Origin: an uncultured virus (IMG/VR IMGVR_UViG_3300010282_000326)
Lineage: Duplodnaviria > Heunggongvirae > Uroviricota > Caudoviricetes
Direction: 5' to 3' (one strand)
IMG/VR virus record: IMGVR_UViG_3300010282_000326
DNA length: 64,000 nt
Below the pieces are notes generated by a model that searched no databases, had not been told where the DNA came from, and was given only the letters and a program-made list of their open reading frames with translations. Position 1 is the first letter of the stretch; the number at the start of each line of letters is the position of its first letter. Both the position numbers and the translations under genes were made by a program. This document shows, one piece after another, positions 1 to 10,155 of this stretch.

Positions 1-8
1 AAGCTAAA

Positions 9-986
9 ATGACTTTCGTAACCGATATGGAGTCAACAATGACTGAAGGCTCAAATGAAAAAGTAGCTTTCAAAATGAGTGCTGATATAGATGTTGTAGG
101 AAATAAGACAGCATCTCATGCAACTGGAAACATGGCTATTGATGTTTTAGGAATGCAAAGCACTCAAGGGGTAGAAACCTACTCAGTTCTTGAAGATGAC
201 GGTACAATTACAAATTACTCTTTAGACACCTTAAAGGGTGCTTGGACAAAGGAAGTGAATAGTGCAGGTAATTCTTTTGATACCAGTACTTATATGAATT
301 CTATGAAGAGTGATTATTTTACAGACCTTAATCTTGAAGAAACAGAAGAGGGGTATGTAGTTACTGGTAATATCAGTGCAGGTTATCTTAGTGATTCTCT
401 TATGGATGCAACTGGTGAGTATGCTAATATGACATCTGTAGATGATGAACAGCTTGTATTCGTAACCTTAACATTTGATAAGGATACAAAGGAGGTTAAG
501 AAACTTGTATTTGATATGGGTAAGGCTATGGGTGATGCTGAAAAGCTCAATGTAAAAGAGTTTACTGTGACACTTGATATTCTTGGTTATAGTAAGGATG
601 CTGTTGAAGTTCCAGAGAGTGTAAAAACTAATGCAGTTGATGCTTCTGAGTTAGAAGATGTTGAAACAAGTACTCAGAGTGATGCAGCTCTTGACCTTGA
701 TAACACCCCACTCAATAAGTTATTTGGTCTTTCAGATAAGCCAGATGCTGAAGAAGTAAAGCTTTATGGAAATGGTAGTTTCGATAATGCTTCTGATGAT
801 GTTGTAAATGTTATAGTTCAGTTATCCACTATGACAATGACAGAAATCAATGAAAAATATCTTGCAAAGTATTCAGAGCAGGATGACAATACAAAAGATG
901 CTATAGCCTATATAGTTAAGGCAGGTTGGATAACTCTTGATGAAACCTCGGATGAGTTAACCGAACGAATTAAGAATTTAAAGTAG
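9..986 (+). CDS. Acidic secreted/lipoprotein-like protein (LolA/DUF6612-like beta fold suspected), probably 5'-truncated by the window edge
   Basis: Frame is open from the window start. Beta-strand-rich pattern typical of Clostridial lipoproteins. Followed by a terminator. Confidence 0.5.
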   Translation: MTFVTDMESTMTEGSNEKVAFKMSADIDVVGNKTASHATGNMAIDVLGMQSTQGVETYSVLEDDGTITNYSLDTLKGAWTKEVNSAGNSFDTSTYMNSMKSDYFTDLNLEETEEGYVVTGNISAGYLSDSLMDATGEYANMTSVDDEQLVFVTLTFDKDTKEVKKLVFDMGKAMGDAEKLNVKEFTVTLDILGYSKDAVEVPESVKTNAVDASELEDVETSTQSDAALDLDNTPLNKLFGLSDKPDAEEVKLYGNGSFDNASDDVVNVIVQLSTMTMTEINEKYLAKYSEQDDNTKDAIAYIVKAGWITLDETSDELTERIKNLK

Positions 987-991
987 TCACT

Positions 992-1020
992 AAGGGGTAG
1001 CATCTAAGGTGTTACCCCTT
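992..1020 (+). terminator. Intrinsic terminator-like hairpin
   Basis: aaggggtagcat-ctaag-gtgttacccctt inverted repeat just after the stop codon. Confidence 0.7.
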
Positions 1021-1073
1021 ATTATTTTAGGGGGAGAAATTGGGGTAGCCAATGTAAGTGAGGAAGAAGAATA

Positions 1074-1961
1074 ATGAGTTATGCTAATGTTATTATTGAA
1101 AAACCTACAGTGTTAAATTTATTTAAGACCATACCGAGTGGTATTGGTTTAGATATTGCCAAAAACCATTCAGGTATTACTATTTGGAATGGTGAGACTA
1201 TTGAAACTTATGGTTTCTCTATTGATGAGTATTCTAAGGATGATTATTTTGCTGAATATCGTATGAGAAAACAGTTTAAAGAGAAACTTACTAATATAGT
1301 TTGTGGTAGACATTTTGAGTATTGTGTTATAGAAGATGTATATGGTGGTGAGAATTTTGATACCACTAGGAAATTGCTTGCATTACAAACTGTAATTGAT
1401 GAATTGATTTTTTCAAGAATTTGTACTGTTGGTGAGTTCTATAGATGGAATGAACCTAAGTGGTCTAAATATACAAGAATGTTTTATAAACAAAAAGGAA
1501 AATTAAAGTCTAAAGTTGAAACACAAGGTATCTTAGATTTCCTTGAATTTGATTTTTACAAGGAACATTGTGAGGATAAGCCAGCTAAGAAGCGAGAAAT
1601 CTTTTTTGAGGATATTTGTGATTCTTGTGCAATATTGCTTTCTGTAGTCGCTTATAAAAAATTACAGTTAAATATTGCACAGTCAAGCTCTCTTAAGCTT
1701 TCTGATATTAAAATGTATTATATCGAGGATATTATGGATACTTATGGCTTTAAGGATAGAAGGATAGCTGAGGAAGCCTATATTTTGGCTGATATTAATA
1801 CAAGGAATATTGAGAAGGATATTTTACTATTAGCAGGTATGTATCCTAATGATGTTATTTGTGTGGAACTGCCAGTTGATAAGTTAGGTAACTTTGGTTT
1901 GAAGCATGGCTTTAAGTTTTACTCAAGTGGCGAGGGGTACTTGTTTTTCTATAAGAAATAA
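1074..1961 (+). CDS. RuvC-like Holliday junction resolvase with C-terminal extension
   Basis: GIGLDIAKNHSGITI (beta1 Asp), CVIEDVY (Glu) and EDICDSCAI (DxxD) match RuvC/RNase H-fold catalytic motifs. Confidence 0.65.
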   Translation: MSYANVIIEKPTVLNLFKTIPSGIGLDIAKNHSGITIWNGETIETYGFSIDEYSKDDYFAEYRMRKQFKEKLTNIVCGRHFEYCVIEDVYGGENFDTTRKLLALQTVIDELIFSRICTVGEFYRWNEPKWSKYTRMFYKQKGKLKSKVETQGILDFLEFDFYKEHCEDKPAKKREIFFEDICDSCAILLSVVAYKKLQLNIAQSSSLKLSDIKMYYIEDIMDTYGFKDRRIAEEAYILADINTRNIEKDILLLAGMYPNDVICVELPVDKLGNFGLKHGFKFYSSGEGYLFFYKK

Positions 1962-2000
1962 ATATACTATTATATAAAATAGTTTAGGAGTGATTAAGCG

Positions 2001-2693
2001 ATGACAGTATTAGATACACAAATTTATAAGCCACTTGCTATATTCAGTTTAGAAAAGAATAATAGACAGGGGCTTATTGTTTTAGGCACTTATAATAGTG
2101 ATTTATATCAAAGAGCGAAGGGCAAGTTAAATTTTAATAATATGTTGAGTGTTCCATTTGATTCATTTGAGTTCTACGGAGAGTCAAAGGTAGATAAGTC
2201 TAAACTTGGTAAGTTACCTACAGATTACTATGAAAAAATGAATCTAAAAAAGAAAACACTTAGAACTTGGGATAGTTTTGAAAGTAAAGTAAGATTGTTA
2301 CTGCCAACTGGTAATATGAAAGGAATATCATTGTGCAATAATTCTCTAACTTATGTAGAACCATTATTTATTGATAAGTCTGAAAGAATTATTTGTGCTT
2401 GGAAGTCAGCCTTAAAAAAGGATTTAGATGCAAATGATTTTAAGTTTATAGATGGTTGTTTGGTTTTTGAATATGTAATTCCTATATTTATTCTTACAGA
2501 TGATTCTAGACGGCATTTAGCTGTTGACCTAAAAGAAAGGTTTATTATAAATACAGTTACTGGTAGAATTACTTGTGAGTATAAAAATATTATAAATAAT
2601 ACATATATTCAATGTAATCTTATTTGGAAAAATGGTCAGTGGGTATATGTAAGTCGAGAGAGCCAACGAATTTTAGGATTCAAACAGAGGTGA
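2001..2693 (+). CDS. Hypothetical protein
   Basis: 230-aa ORF with SD aggag. Confidence 0.75.
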   Translation: MTVLDTQIYKPLAIFSLEKNNRQGLIVLGTYNSDLYQRAKGKLNFNNMLSVPFDSFEFYGESKVDKSKLGKLPTDYYEKMNLKKKTLRTWDSFESKVRLLLPTGNMKGISLCNNSLTYVEPLFIDKSERIICAWKSALKKDLDANDFKFIDGCLVFEYVIPIFILTDDSRRHLAVDLKERFIINTVTGRITCEYKNIINNTYIQCNLIWKNGQWVYVSRESQRILGFKQR

Positions 2694-2697
2694 GATT

Positions 2698-3036
2698 ATG
2701 AATTTCTTTAATCAAGGGTTTCAACAGCCTAATCCAATGTATTATGGTATGCAAGACCAGATGTCTTATGGTGGTCAAACATTTAAACCTATAAGATACA
2801 ATAAAGGACAAATAATACAAGGTTTGAAGGATTATATTTTTAGTCAGACAGGTGTGATGGTAACATCCGAAGTTAAGCTTGAATATACGCCTACATTACT
2901 TAGACATGCTTGTGCAGAAGCTAAGATTTCAGGTTTACAGCCTTGTGTATTTCAAGTTCCTGAGATGGGTTTACAATTTCAGTTCTATTTTTGTAGGGCT
3001 TGTGAAAGATTATTCTATCCAGCCGATTTTATGTAA
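2698..3036 (+). CDS. Hypothetical protein with C-terminal CxxC (possible Zn binding)
   Basis: SD gaggtg; HAC...PC...FCRAC. Confidence 0.7.
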   Translation: MNFFNQGFQQPNPMYYGMQDQMSYGGQTFKPIRYNKGQIIQGLKDYIFSQTGVMVTSEVKLEYTPTLLRHACAEAKISGLQPCVFQVPEMGLQFQFYFCRACERLFYPADFM

Positions 3037-3042
3037 AGAGAG

Positions 3043-3348
3043 GTGAGAGTTATGTTAATCTTAACAAATGTGAATATGCAAGCAGGTACGATATCTGCTT
3101 TTGATACTAAAGATAAGTCAAATGATACGGTATATTTAGCAACCTTGTTACCTCAGATTAGAGCGAATAAGCTCAGAATCTACGGATTAAGCAATATAGG
3201 TAAAAGACAGGTTAATGACCCAAATGCGATTGCAATACCTAATTTAGGTATTTCAATATCTTGGTTAGAAGCGAAGCAGGCTTTGGTAAATTATTATGTT
3301 TCACAAGGGGTAGATAGAAAGGTTGCAAAAGAAAAAGTTGGTATTTAA
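3043..3348 (+). CDS. Hypothetical protein with a divergent DTxD module
   Basis: ISAFDTKDKSND...LRIYGL resembles the repeated module described in findings. Confidence 0.65.
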   Translation: MRVMLILTNVNMQAGTISAFDTKDKSNDTVYLATLLPQIRANKLRIYGLSNIGKRQVNDPNAIAIPNLGISISWLEAKQALVNYYVSQGVDRKVAKEKVGI

Positions 3349-3352
3349 TCTG

Positions 3353-3386
3353 AAAGACCTTAAGCATTATGTTTAAGGTCTTTTTT
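3353..3386 (+). terminator. Intrinsic terminator
   Basis: aaagaccttaagc-attat-gtttaaggtc followed by a T-tract. Confidence 0.8.
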
Positions 3387-3417
3387 AATTTATATTATTA
3401 TTTATATAATCTTATTA

Positions 3418-4167
3418 TTGGAGGTGTTTTGGTTGATAATTTGTATTATAGGTAAAACGAATTCAGGTAAAGATACTGTAGCAAATTATTTACATGAAAA
3501 ATATGGTATTGAGTTGGTTTGTAGTTATACTACAAGACCTAAAAGACCTCAGGAAACAAATGGGGTAGAGCATTACTTTGTTTCTAAAGAGGAATTTGAT
3601 AAAATAATAAAGCAAGACGATGTTTTAGCGTACACAATAAATGATAAAACAGGTATAGAATATGCTGGAACTTTGCAGAGTATAAAAAGTGACACTTGTA
3701 TATACATTATCAACCCAGAAGGTTTAGTTTGGATGAAAGAACATTTTCCAGACCAAGTTATAGTTTCTCTTTATGTATATCTTGATGATGAGACTATATT
3801 AAAGCGTGGAGAACTTCGTGGAGACAATATAGATGTTCTAAATCAAAGACTAAGTAGCGAAAAGCAGGAATTTGATTCCTTTTACGCATCAGGTAAGTTT
3901 GATTTTGTTATATCAAATACAAGGTCTAAAGAGGAACTTCTGAAAGGTGCTGACTTATTTTATAAAGCACATATTGAGTATAAAAGAAGATTTTTAGAAT
4001 GCTATAATAAGGTTTTTGATGAAAATGGTGCTATGAAGCCTTGTGGAAGAGATGCTTGTATTGATTTACTTGATGTAGTTTACAAGTATAATGATGGGGA
4101 TTTCGGAAATAAGAAAACAGGTCAGTTAAATGTTGATGAGATTGTTAAGTTGAGGAAACAGTTATGA
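3418..4167 (+). CDS. gmk: Guanylate kinase-like protein with C-terminal extension (likely start TTG 3433)
   Basis: P-loop GKTNSGKDT; SYTTRPKRPQETNGVEHYFVS GMP-binding signature. Confidence 0.85.
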   Translation: MEVFWLIICIIGKTNSGKDTVANYLHEKYGIELVCSYTTRPKRPQETNGVEHYFVSKEEFDKIIKQDDVLAYTINDKTGIEYAGTLQSIKSDTCIYIINPEGLVWMKEHFPDQVIVSLYVYLDDETILKRGELRGDNIDVLNQRLSSEKQEFDSFYASGKFDFVISNTRSKEELLKGADLFYKAHIEYKRRFLECYNKVFDENGAMKPCGRDACIDLLDVVYKYNDGDFGNKKTGQLNVDEIVKLRKQL

Positions 4168-4523
4168 AATTGATAAAGCTACAGTGCGAAAACTGTGGGG
4201 GTACTTTAGAAGTAAATAGTGATAAAACTGAAGTTATCTGTCCATATTGTGATACTAAGCTTTTAGTTGATGATGAGGCTTTACATATTAAATTTGATGA
4301 TATGGAGAAAACCAGTTATGATATTGAATATGGTAAATTAAAGGCTCAGAATGATGCAATGCGTGATCAATATGAATTACAAAAGCAGATGCAGAAGGAT
4401 TATCAGAAAGAGTACAAGAAACAAAAGAGAGCTTTTAATATAAAGAGATTCTTTTTATTTTTAGCTGAGTTTTGGATTGTAATTGTTGTTTTAGTATATA
4501 TTATATACAAGATTTATTTTTAG
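4164..4523 (+). CDS. Zinc-ribbon membrane-anchored protein
   Basis: CENCGG...CPYCD N-terminus, coiled coil, C-terminal TM helix. Confidence 0.75.
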   Translation: MKLIKLQCENCGGTLEVNSDKTEVICPYCDTKLLVDDEALHIKFDDMEKTSYDIEYGKLKAQNDAMRDQYELQKQMQKDYQKEYKKQKRAFNIKRFFLFLAEFWIVIVVLVYIIYKIYF

Positions 4524-4535
4524 GAGGTTGAAGCT

Positions 4536-5978
4536 TTGGATAATATCAAGTTAGAGATTGGTGATTTTCTCGGTTTTTGCGATTTAAATGGTGTAGAAGC
4601 ACTAAATAGTGAACAAGTTGCAAAACTGGAGTATTATATCGAAAGATGTAATGAAGCAATGAATGTGGGTACTCCATTAGTTGTTGATGCTATTTGGGAT
4701 AGACTTATGGATATTCTGCGTAGAGTTAATCCAGATTCGGAGTTATGTAAGCATATTTGGGAAGATAGTGTTGATGAACTTAATGATACTGATATTATCT
4801 TTAAGAACAATCCTATGTATTCAATTATGACTGTAAAATCTTTTGATTGTGATGAAATCAATGAGTTTGTAAAGCGACTTCCAGATGATAGGGACTTCGA
4901 TGCACATATTTCAGTTAAGCTGAATGGTCATGGTATCAGACTTAAGTATCAAAACGGTGATTTTATAAATGCAAGAAGTAGAGCAAGAAGTTCTGCAGGT
5001 CGAGATATTACAGAGCAGCTTAGAGTTATTCTTGAGGAAAATGGTCTTACACATATAGATGACTTAGAAGGTTTTGATATTTGTGAAGTGCGTGGTGAGT
5101 GGTTACTTCCTTTTGATAATCTTGAAAAGGCTCGTAGTTATAACCCAGATATCAAATCAGCTTTCTCAGGGGTAGCTTCTATGAGTAGAGCTTCTGCTAC
5201 TGAAGATGAGTGGAAACTTCTTCGATTTGTAGCTTATGAATTTCTTGGTGAGGGTATGATTTTTCAGACCAAAGAAGAAGAATATGATTTCCTATCTGAT
5301 ATAGGGTTTGAAGTACCTCTATTTTGGGTAATTAATGACCTTAATAAGGAAACTCTTATAGAGGACTTAAAGGGTATTGTATCAGACTGTGAAGAAGATG
5401 TTAAGCCAGATGCAAACAATGAAAATGGCTATGCTTATTATACAGATGGTCTTGTATTTTCAATAAATGATGTTGATTTCTTTAGAAGCCTTGGAGATGA
5501 TGGTGGACATTATAAGTTTGGTAACATGGCTTTGAAAGTCGGTTATTGGAAGCAGGATATGTACTCAGGGGTTATTCAGACAATCCTTTGGATGAAGGGT
5601 AAGACAAAGATTACTCCAGTTGCTATTGTAGCTGATGATGATATTATCGAGTTTATTGATTTGGGTGACCATCCTTATATCTTAGATAAGAAGTTGATAG
5701 CAAATTATAACGAACTTGGGGTAGTTACTGCTAGTGGTAATAAGGTGAGACGAGTTCCACTTTATGAGCCTAATAACCTTATTGTTTTGGATGCATACAA
5801 GGGAAATACTATCTTCTTTAGATATGGTGGAGAAGCAGGTGTTGTACCTTGCTTTGAAGATGGTTCTCCTTTACTTGAAGGTAGGGTTCAGCAAATGCTT
5901 CAGAATGATAGAGAAGACCTTGGAGAAGGATTTGAATGGGATGATGACGATGATAACTATGAAGATTGGGAGGATTAA
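4536..5978 (+). CDS. NAD+-dependent DNA ligase-like protein (Ia, adenylation and OB domains only)
   Basis: PLVVDAIWDRL (domain Ia), KLNG (motif I), EVRGEW, FVAYE, TDGLVF, ALK, GKTKITPVA. Confidence 0.75.
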   Translation: MDNIKLEIGDFLGFCDLNGVEALNSEQVAKLEYYIERCNEAMNVGTPLVVDAIWDRLMDILRRVNPDSELCKHIWEDSVDELNDTDIIFKNNPMYSIMTVKSFDCDEINEFVKRLPDDRDFDAHISVKLNGHGIRLKYQNGDFINARSRARSSAGRDITEQLRVILEENGLTHIDDLEGFDICEVRGEWLLPFDNLEKARSYNPDIKSAFSGVASMSRASATEDEWKLLRFVAYEFLGEGMIFQTKEEEYDFLSDIGFEVPLFWVINDLNKETLIEDLKGIVSDCEEDVKPDANNENGYAYYTDGLVFSINDVDFFRSLGDDGGHYKFGNMALKVGYWKQDMYSGVIQTILWMKGKTKITPVAIVADDDIIEFIDLGDHPYILDKKLIANYNELGVVTASGNKVRRVPLYEPNNLIVLDAYKGNTIFFRYGGEAGVVPCFEDGSPLLEGRVQQMLQNDREDLGEGFEWDDDDDNYEDWED

Positions 5979-6452
5979 ATGAAAGAACAGACTATTGAAA
6001 TAAGACCAAGTAAAAAGCCAGCACCTGCATTTATTCCTTATCTTGTAGCAATAACCTATATAGTTATATTTGTATTAGTAATAGTTGGTTTAGTTAATAT
6101 GAAGAGTATGAGTACAGTTTTAACTTGCTCAGGTACTATACTTTTTATTGGATTTATTGACTTTATAGTTAGTAAAGTATTTGCTTGGTATATAGTTGGG
6201 GTAGCTGAGTATAAGAATAAAAAATTAACTTATACTATTACTGAATGTATTAGAGGTATGGGTAGTGGTAAAACAGTTATAACTTTTAAGAATATTGATG
6301 ATGTGAAGAAGAAAGGAAAACACCTTATAGTTACTGGTGATATTACAAGTAAAGAGCAATTACAAAAGGAACAATCTCTTAAAGTATTTAAGATTGTAGA
6401 TGGTAATGTTGATGCTCTGTATTCTCTATTAAAAGACTTCGCAGAAGAGTAA
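5979..6452 (+). CDS. Membrane protein (2 TM)
   Basis: Two hydrophobic helices; SD ggagg. Confidence 0.75.
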   Translation: MKEQTIEIRPSKKPAPAFIPYLVAITYIVIFVLVIVGLVNMKSMSTVLTCSGTILFIGFIDFIVSKVFAWYIVGVAEYKNKKLTYTITECIRGMGSGKTVITFKNIDDVKKKGKHLIVTGDITSKEQLQKEQSLKVFKIVDGNVDALYSLLKDFAEE

Positions 6453-6457
6453 ATGTT

Positions 6458-6486
6458 AAAAAGATAGTCGAAAGACTGTCTTTTTT
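6458..6486 (+). terminator. Intrinsic terminator
   Basis: aaaaagatagtc-gaaa-gactgtctttttt. Confidence 0.8.
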
Positions 6487-6571
6487 ACGCTAATCTTTTC
6501 GTAATTATTATGTATTCTTTTTAACACTTTTTTGTTGAGAAGTCGAAATATTATAGAAGGAGGATAGTAAA

Positions 6572-7924
6572 ATGAGTGATATGTTAGATGATGGTCTTGG
6601 TTCTTTTCAAGAAGATTATGATGAAGTGTTTACGGGTGATGAGCGTGTAAGTAATTTATTGAAATTGACCTCTGATAGCTTCACAAGAGAAAAGAGAACA
6701 ATTAAGATTAAGGAGATAGGTTTTACAGACCCTATAAAGAAGGGTAGGCAGGATACATTATCAGGATTAACAAAAACTATTGCCGATTTAGGTATTCTTC
6801 AACCTATCCATGTTATGACTGTTTCTGAAGAGTCAGAGGAAGATGATTATAAGTATATTCTTCTTGATGGGCTTAGAAGAGTGTTTGGAGCAGCGAAGAA
6901 TGGGATAGAGGAAGTTGATGCTATTGTTTGGGATTTTAAAGACAAAGATTTAGGTATGGATTTAGCTGTTTATATTACTTTACTTCTTAATCGTAATCAG
7001 AGAAGAGATTGGAAAGAGAATTGGCACTATTATCAAATACTTGAATTACAGTCCTCAGTTATGACTCCAGGCACTATAGAATATTTACTTCAGCTTGAGG
7101 GCGGTGATGCTATGAAGTTGAAGGATGTTATGTTATGTAATTATGATGAAGTTAAGCAGGCTCTTTTAAATGGAGAGAAAGGTTTAGATGCTTGTTATAA
7201 GATGTTAGCAAAGCTTCGTAAGGAAGAAGATAAACTGGCTATGGAGGATGCAACTGGGGTAGATGATTCTATTGAAGGAGTAGAAAATTTAACTTCTGGT
7301 GAGGGTGGATTACCTCAGTTGAGTGACGATGATGTTAAAGAGTTGCTTGATATGGTTGATGATTTAGATGAAGATATGGATGTTGATGAGGATGACTTTG
7401 ATTCAATGAATAGGTCATCATTTGGTGATGAGCAGCAAAAGGTTGGAGAAAGACATCCATTAGACCCAGCTTTACGTCAAGCAGTTTTAGCAAGAGATAA
7501 GTTTGTTTGTAAGTGTTGTGGTATGAAGCTTATAGGTGCAAGACTTGGTCTTATTGCAGTACATCATGTTTTACCAGTTCATACGGGTGGTAAAGATACA
7601 TTAGATAATCTTGTTACTCTTTGTGTAGGTTGCCATTTAAGTTTGCATATTATGGAGCGAAATGGTGGTTCTATTATGATGAGTAAGGAAGATTATGAAG
7701 CATTACCAGAAAGTGAACAGACATCACTTAAGAAAGCTCTTAAGTTGGCTCGTATTGCTATTGAGGCTGATAAGCGTAAGGGGTTAAGTAAGGAAGATGT
7801 TGCTAAGGCTACCGCTGATGCCATAAGACATCCTATGCCAGGTGCAGGTATGAAAGATAATCAGACTGCTTATGCTATTGAAGGTCAAAAGCAAGCACAG
7901 GAGGAGGAAGAAGATGACGAGTGA
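6572..7924 (+). CDS. ParB/Srx N-terminal domain fused to an HNH endonuclease
   Basis: LTKTIADLGILQPIHV...YILLDGLRRV (ParBc); VLARDKFVCKCCG...VHHVLPVHTGGKDTLDNLVTLCVGCH (HNH). Confidence 0.85.
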   Translation: MSDMLDDGLGSFQEDYDEVFTGDERVSNLLKLTSDSFTREKRTIKIKEIGFTDPIKKGRQDTLSGLTKTIADLGILQPIHVMTVSEESEEDDYKYILLDGLRRVFGAAKNGIEEVDAIVWDFKDKDLGMDLAVYITLLLNRNQRRDWKENWHYYQILELQSSVMTPGTIEYLLQLEGGDAMKLKDVMLCNYDEVKQALLNGEKGLDACYKMLAKLRKEEDKLAMEDATGVDDSIEGVENLTSGEGGLPQLSDDDVKELLDMVDDLDEDMDVDEDDFDSMNRSSFGDEQQKVGERHPLDPALRQAVLARDKFVCKCCGMKLIGARLGLIAVHHVLPVHTGGKDTLDNLVTLCVGCHLSLHIMERNGGSIMMSKEDYEALPESEQTSLKKALKLARIAIEADKRKGLSKEDVAKATADAIRHPMPGAGMKDNQTAYAIEGQKQAQEEEEDDE

Positions 7925-8495
7925 GGAAATACAAGAATTCATAGATTCTTATAGTTTTTCACCAGATAAAGTAGGAGATATAGGTGAGGCTATAACATTT
8001 CATGAATTAGATTGGTTTACATTTAAGTGTAGACATGTCTATATACCAAAAGAATCTGGGTTTTGTGAAATAGATATGGTTTGTATGAGTAATAAAGGTA
8101 TTTTTGTCATAGAGAATAAAAACATTCATGGTAAGGTTACTGGCAGTTTAAATGATACTTATTGGGATATATGTTATCGTGGTTATATTTACGAGAAGCT
8201 ATATAATCCAATTAAGCAGAATGTAGAGCATATTAAGTACTTAAAAAATTTCTTAGGTGATTTCGATATACACAGTATTCCTTTGTATAACATAGTTATA
8301 TTTAATAATTTAAGTAAACTTAATGTGAGAAATGCGGATGATATAGTTTTCCAGTTAAAAGATTTTAAACCTTATTATGAGACATTGCCTTTTACGAATA
8401 TACCAAATTTTGAAAGAATACAGAATCTTGTAAAATCTCACAGTAATCGTTATAATGATATGAAGAATATACATTTAAGTATGCTAACTAGTTAG
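7914..8495 (+). CDS. NERD (nuclease-related) domain protein
   Basis: GDIGE...EIDMVCMSNKGIFVIENKNIHG...NPIKQN; SD ggagg before ATG 7914. Confidence 0.85.
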   Translation: MTSEEIQEFIDSYSFSPDKVGDIGEAITFHELDWFTFKCRHVYIPKESGFCEIDMVCMSNKGIFVIENKNIHGKVTGSLNDTYWDICYRGYIYEKLYNPIKQNVEHIKYLKNFLGDFDIHSIPLYNIVIFNNLSKLNVRNADDIVFQLKDFKPYYETLPFTNIPNFERIQNLVKSHSNRYNDMKNIHLSMLTS

Positions 8496-8532
8496 TGTAT
8501 AATAAGAGTAATCTTATTTTAAGGAGTTAATT

Positions 8533-9084
8533 GTGGTAAAGTCTTTAGTAAAATTAGACAACTCAATAATGGGGTACTACATTGATGATGTTTATGTTCC
8601 TCGCAGAGTTTATAAATGCTTTTGTAATAAGGAACCAACGATAGAGACCGAGATAAGAGGGAAACCTCCAAGTAGTGCTTGTAATTATCGTTTGTTATTA
8701 CAGCGAATGCGAAGTAATAATTTGATTTTAAATAATGTAGTTTTTCTACCAATAGATAAACAAGATATTCATGGAGTTGAATCGTCCTTTTGGAAGTTAA
8801 ATTTTATCGAGCAATATTTTTATTATACTTGTATAGCTGATAATAAAATTATTGGATACATAAGTACTAAGGAAGATATTTATTATAATAGTCAAGTATA
8901 TTTAAATATGATAGAAACACTTAAGAAAGATAAGGGGTATGGCTCAAAGATTATAAAGAGTTTATTAGATTTGGTAGATATAATTAAAGGTTTATCTCTA
9001 TATAATAGCTTAGACTTTTGGGAAAAAGTTGGGGCAATTATAGGTAAAGATAATTATTTTCAATTAAAAGGAGTGAAGAAATAA
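8533..9084 (+). CDS. GNAT-fold acetyltransferase-like protein
   Basis: IIGYI...VYLNMIETLKKDKGYGSKII (motif A-like); SLDFWEKVG. Confidence 0.6.
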   Translation: MVKSLVKLDNSIMGYYIDDVYVPRRVYKCFCNKEPTIETEIRGKPPSSACNYRLLLQRMRSNNLILNNVVFLPIDKQDIHGVESSFWKLNFIEQYFYYTCIADNKIIGYISTKEDIYYNSQVYLNMIETLKKDKGYGSKIIKSLLDLVDIIKGLSLYNSLDFWEKVGAIIGKDNYFQLKGVKK

Positions 9085-10142
9085 TGAAGAAGTTAGTTGG
9101 ATTTTTGTTAGTTTTTGTAATGTGTTTTGGTCTTGTTGCTTGTGGTAATAAGACAAGTGATAAGATTGATGCAGATGCTAAGCAGAAGATTTCTGAAGGC
9201 TTAGATAAGTTAAAGAATTTGGAGCAGAATTATATTATAACTACAACAATGCAGGCACCAGATGGTGATGTAAGTTATATAGAGGTTCAGACAACAGATG
9301 GTGATTCTTATACAGAATATCCAGTAGATGGAGATGGAAATTTAGGGGTACTTAGTGAGGATGTCACAGAAAATTCACAGTATATTTTAAGTGATTGGCT
9401 TAACCCAGATAATTCTTTCTATTTGGTTTCAGAAAAGGATGGAGAATCTGTTTTCTATACTTTACCTAAGACATATGGTACTCGATGCAGTTCAAGAAAA
9501 TATATGTATGTAGATATTATGCTTGATAGATTTACTGAAATAAAGTTTGATAAAACTATTCAGGCTAATATAGGTGCAGGCGAGGAAAGTTTAGATTTAT
9601 ATAAGTGTAAATTACCTGCTGAAACAGTAAAAACTATTATAGGTATAGGTAATTATGGTTTATATGACTCAATAAAGACCGATTACGCAGATAATGAAAA
9701 CTTAGTGAAACTTTGTGATTATTATTTGAATGACCTTAATATGAATTTAACTTTCAGTGATGCAATAGTGTCAGTAGGGTTGTCAAATGGGATAGTTAGA
9801 TATCTTGGTCTTGAGGTTGGTGGTTTAGGTACTCGACTTTATATGACAAAGACAATAATTACACCAGATTTTGAGGTTAGAACAAAGCCAGATTTTACAA
9901 CTGCTACTGATTATACTACAACATTACAAGATTTAGCAGATTATGTTGCTACATTTGATTCCTATGAGGATGCTTTAAATGGAATAAATAATGGTGATTT
10001 TGCCACCCCAAGTTCAGCAGTAGAGGAGGATAGCAATGAAAATGAAAAGGTAATTATCGATGATAGTTCTTCAGAAAGTACATCAGAAAGTACTTCAGAG
10101 AGTACTAACACCGATTCAAGTAGTGAAGAAAATACGCAGTAA
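9084..10142 (+). CDS. Lipoprotein with Ser/Glu/Thr-rich tail
   Basis: Lipobox GLVAC after a basic/hydrophobic signal. Confidence 0.85.
   Translation: MKKLVGFLLVFVMCFGLVACGNKTSDKIDADAKQKISEGLDKLKNLEQNYIITTTMQAPDGDVSYIEVQTTDGDSYTEYPVDGDGNLGVLSEDVTENSQYILSDWLNPDNSFYLVSEKDGESVFYTLPKTYGTRCSSRKYMYVDIMLDRFTEIKFDKTIQANIGAGEESLDLYKCKLPAETVKTIIGIGNYGLYDSIKTDYADNENLVKLCDYYLNDLNMNLTFSDAIVSVGLSNGIVRYLGLEVGGLGTRLYMTKTIITPDFEVRTKPDFTTATDYTTTLQDLADYVATFDSYEDALNGINNGDFATPSSAVEEDSNENEKVIIDDSSSESTSESTSESTNTDSSSEENTQ
10070..10106 (+). repeat. 12-bp coding tandem repeat (SEST x3)
   Basis: tcagaaagtaca tcagaaagtact tcagagagtact. Confidence 0.7.
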
Positions 10143-10155
10143 AGGAGATGTTAAG

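Noticed and set aside
1074..1961. TnpB/Cas12-type RuvC effector
   Set aside because: Catalytic motifs are contiguous at the N-terminus as in resolvases; no Zn finger, transposon ends or adjacent guide RNA region.
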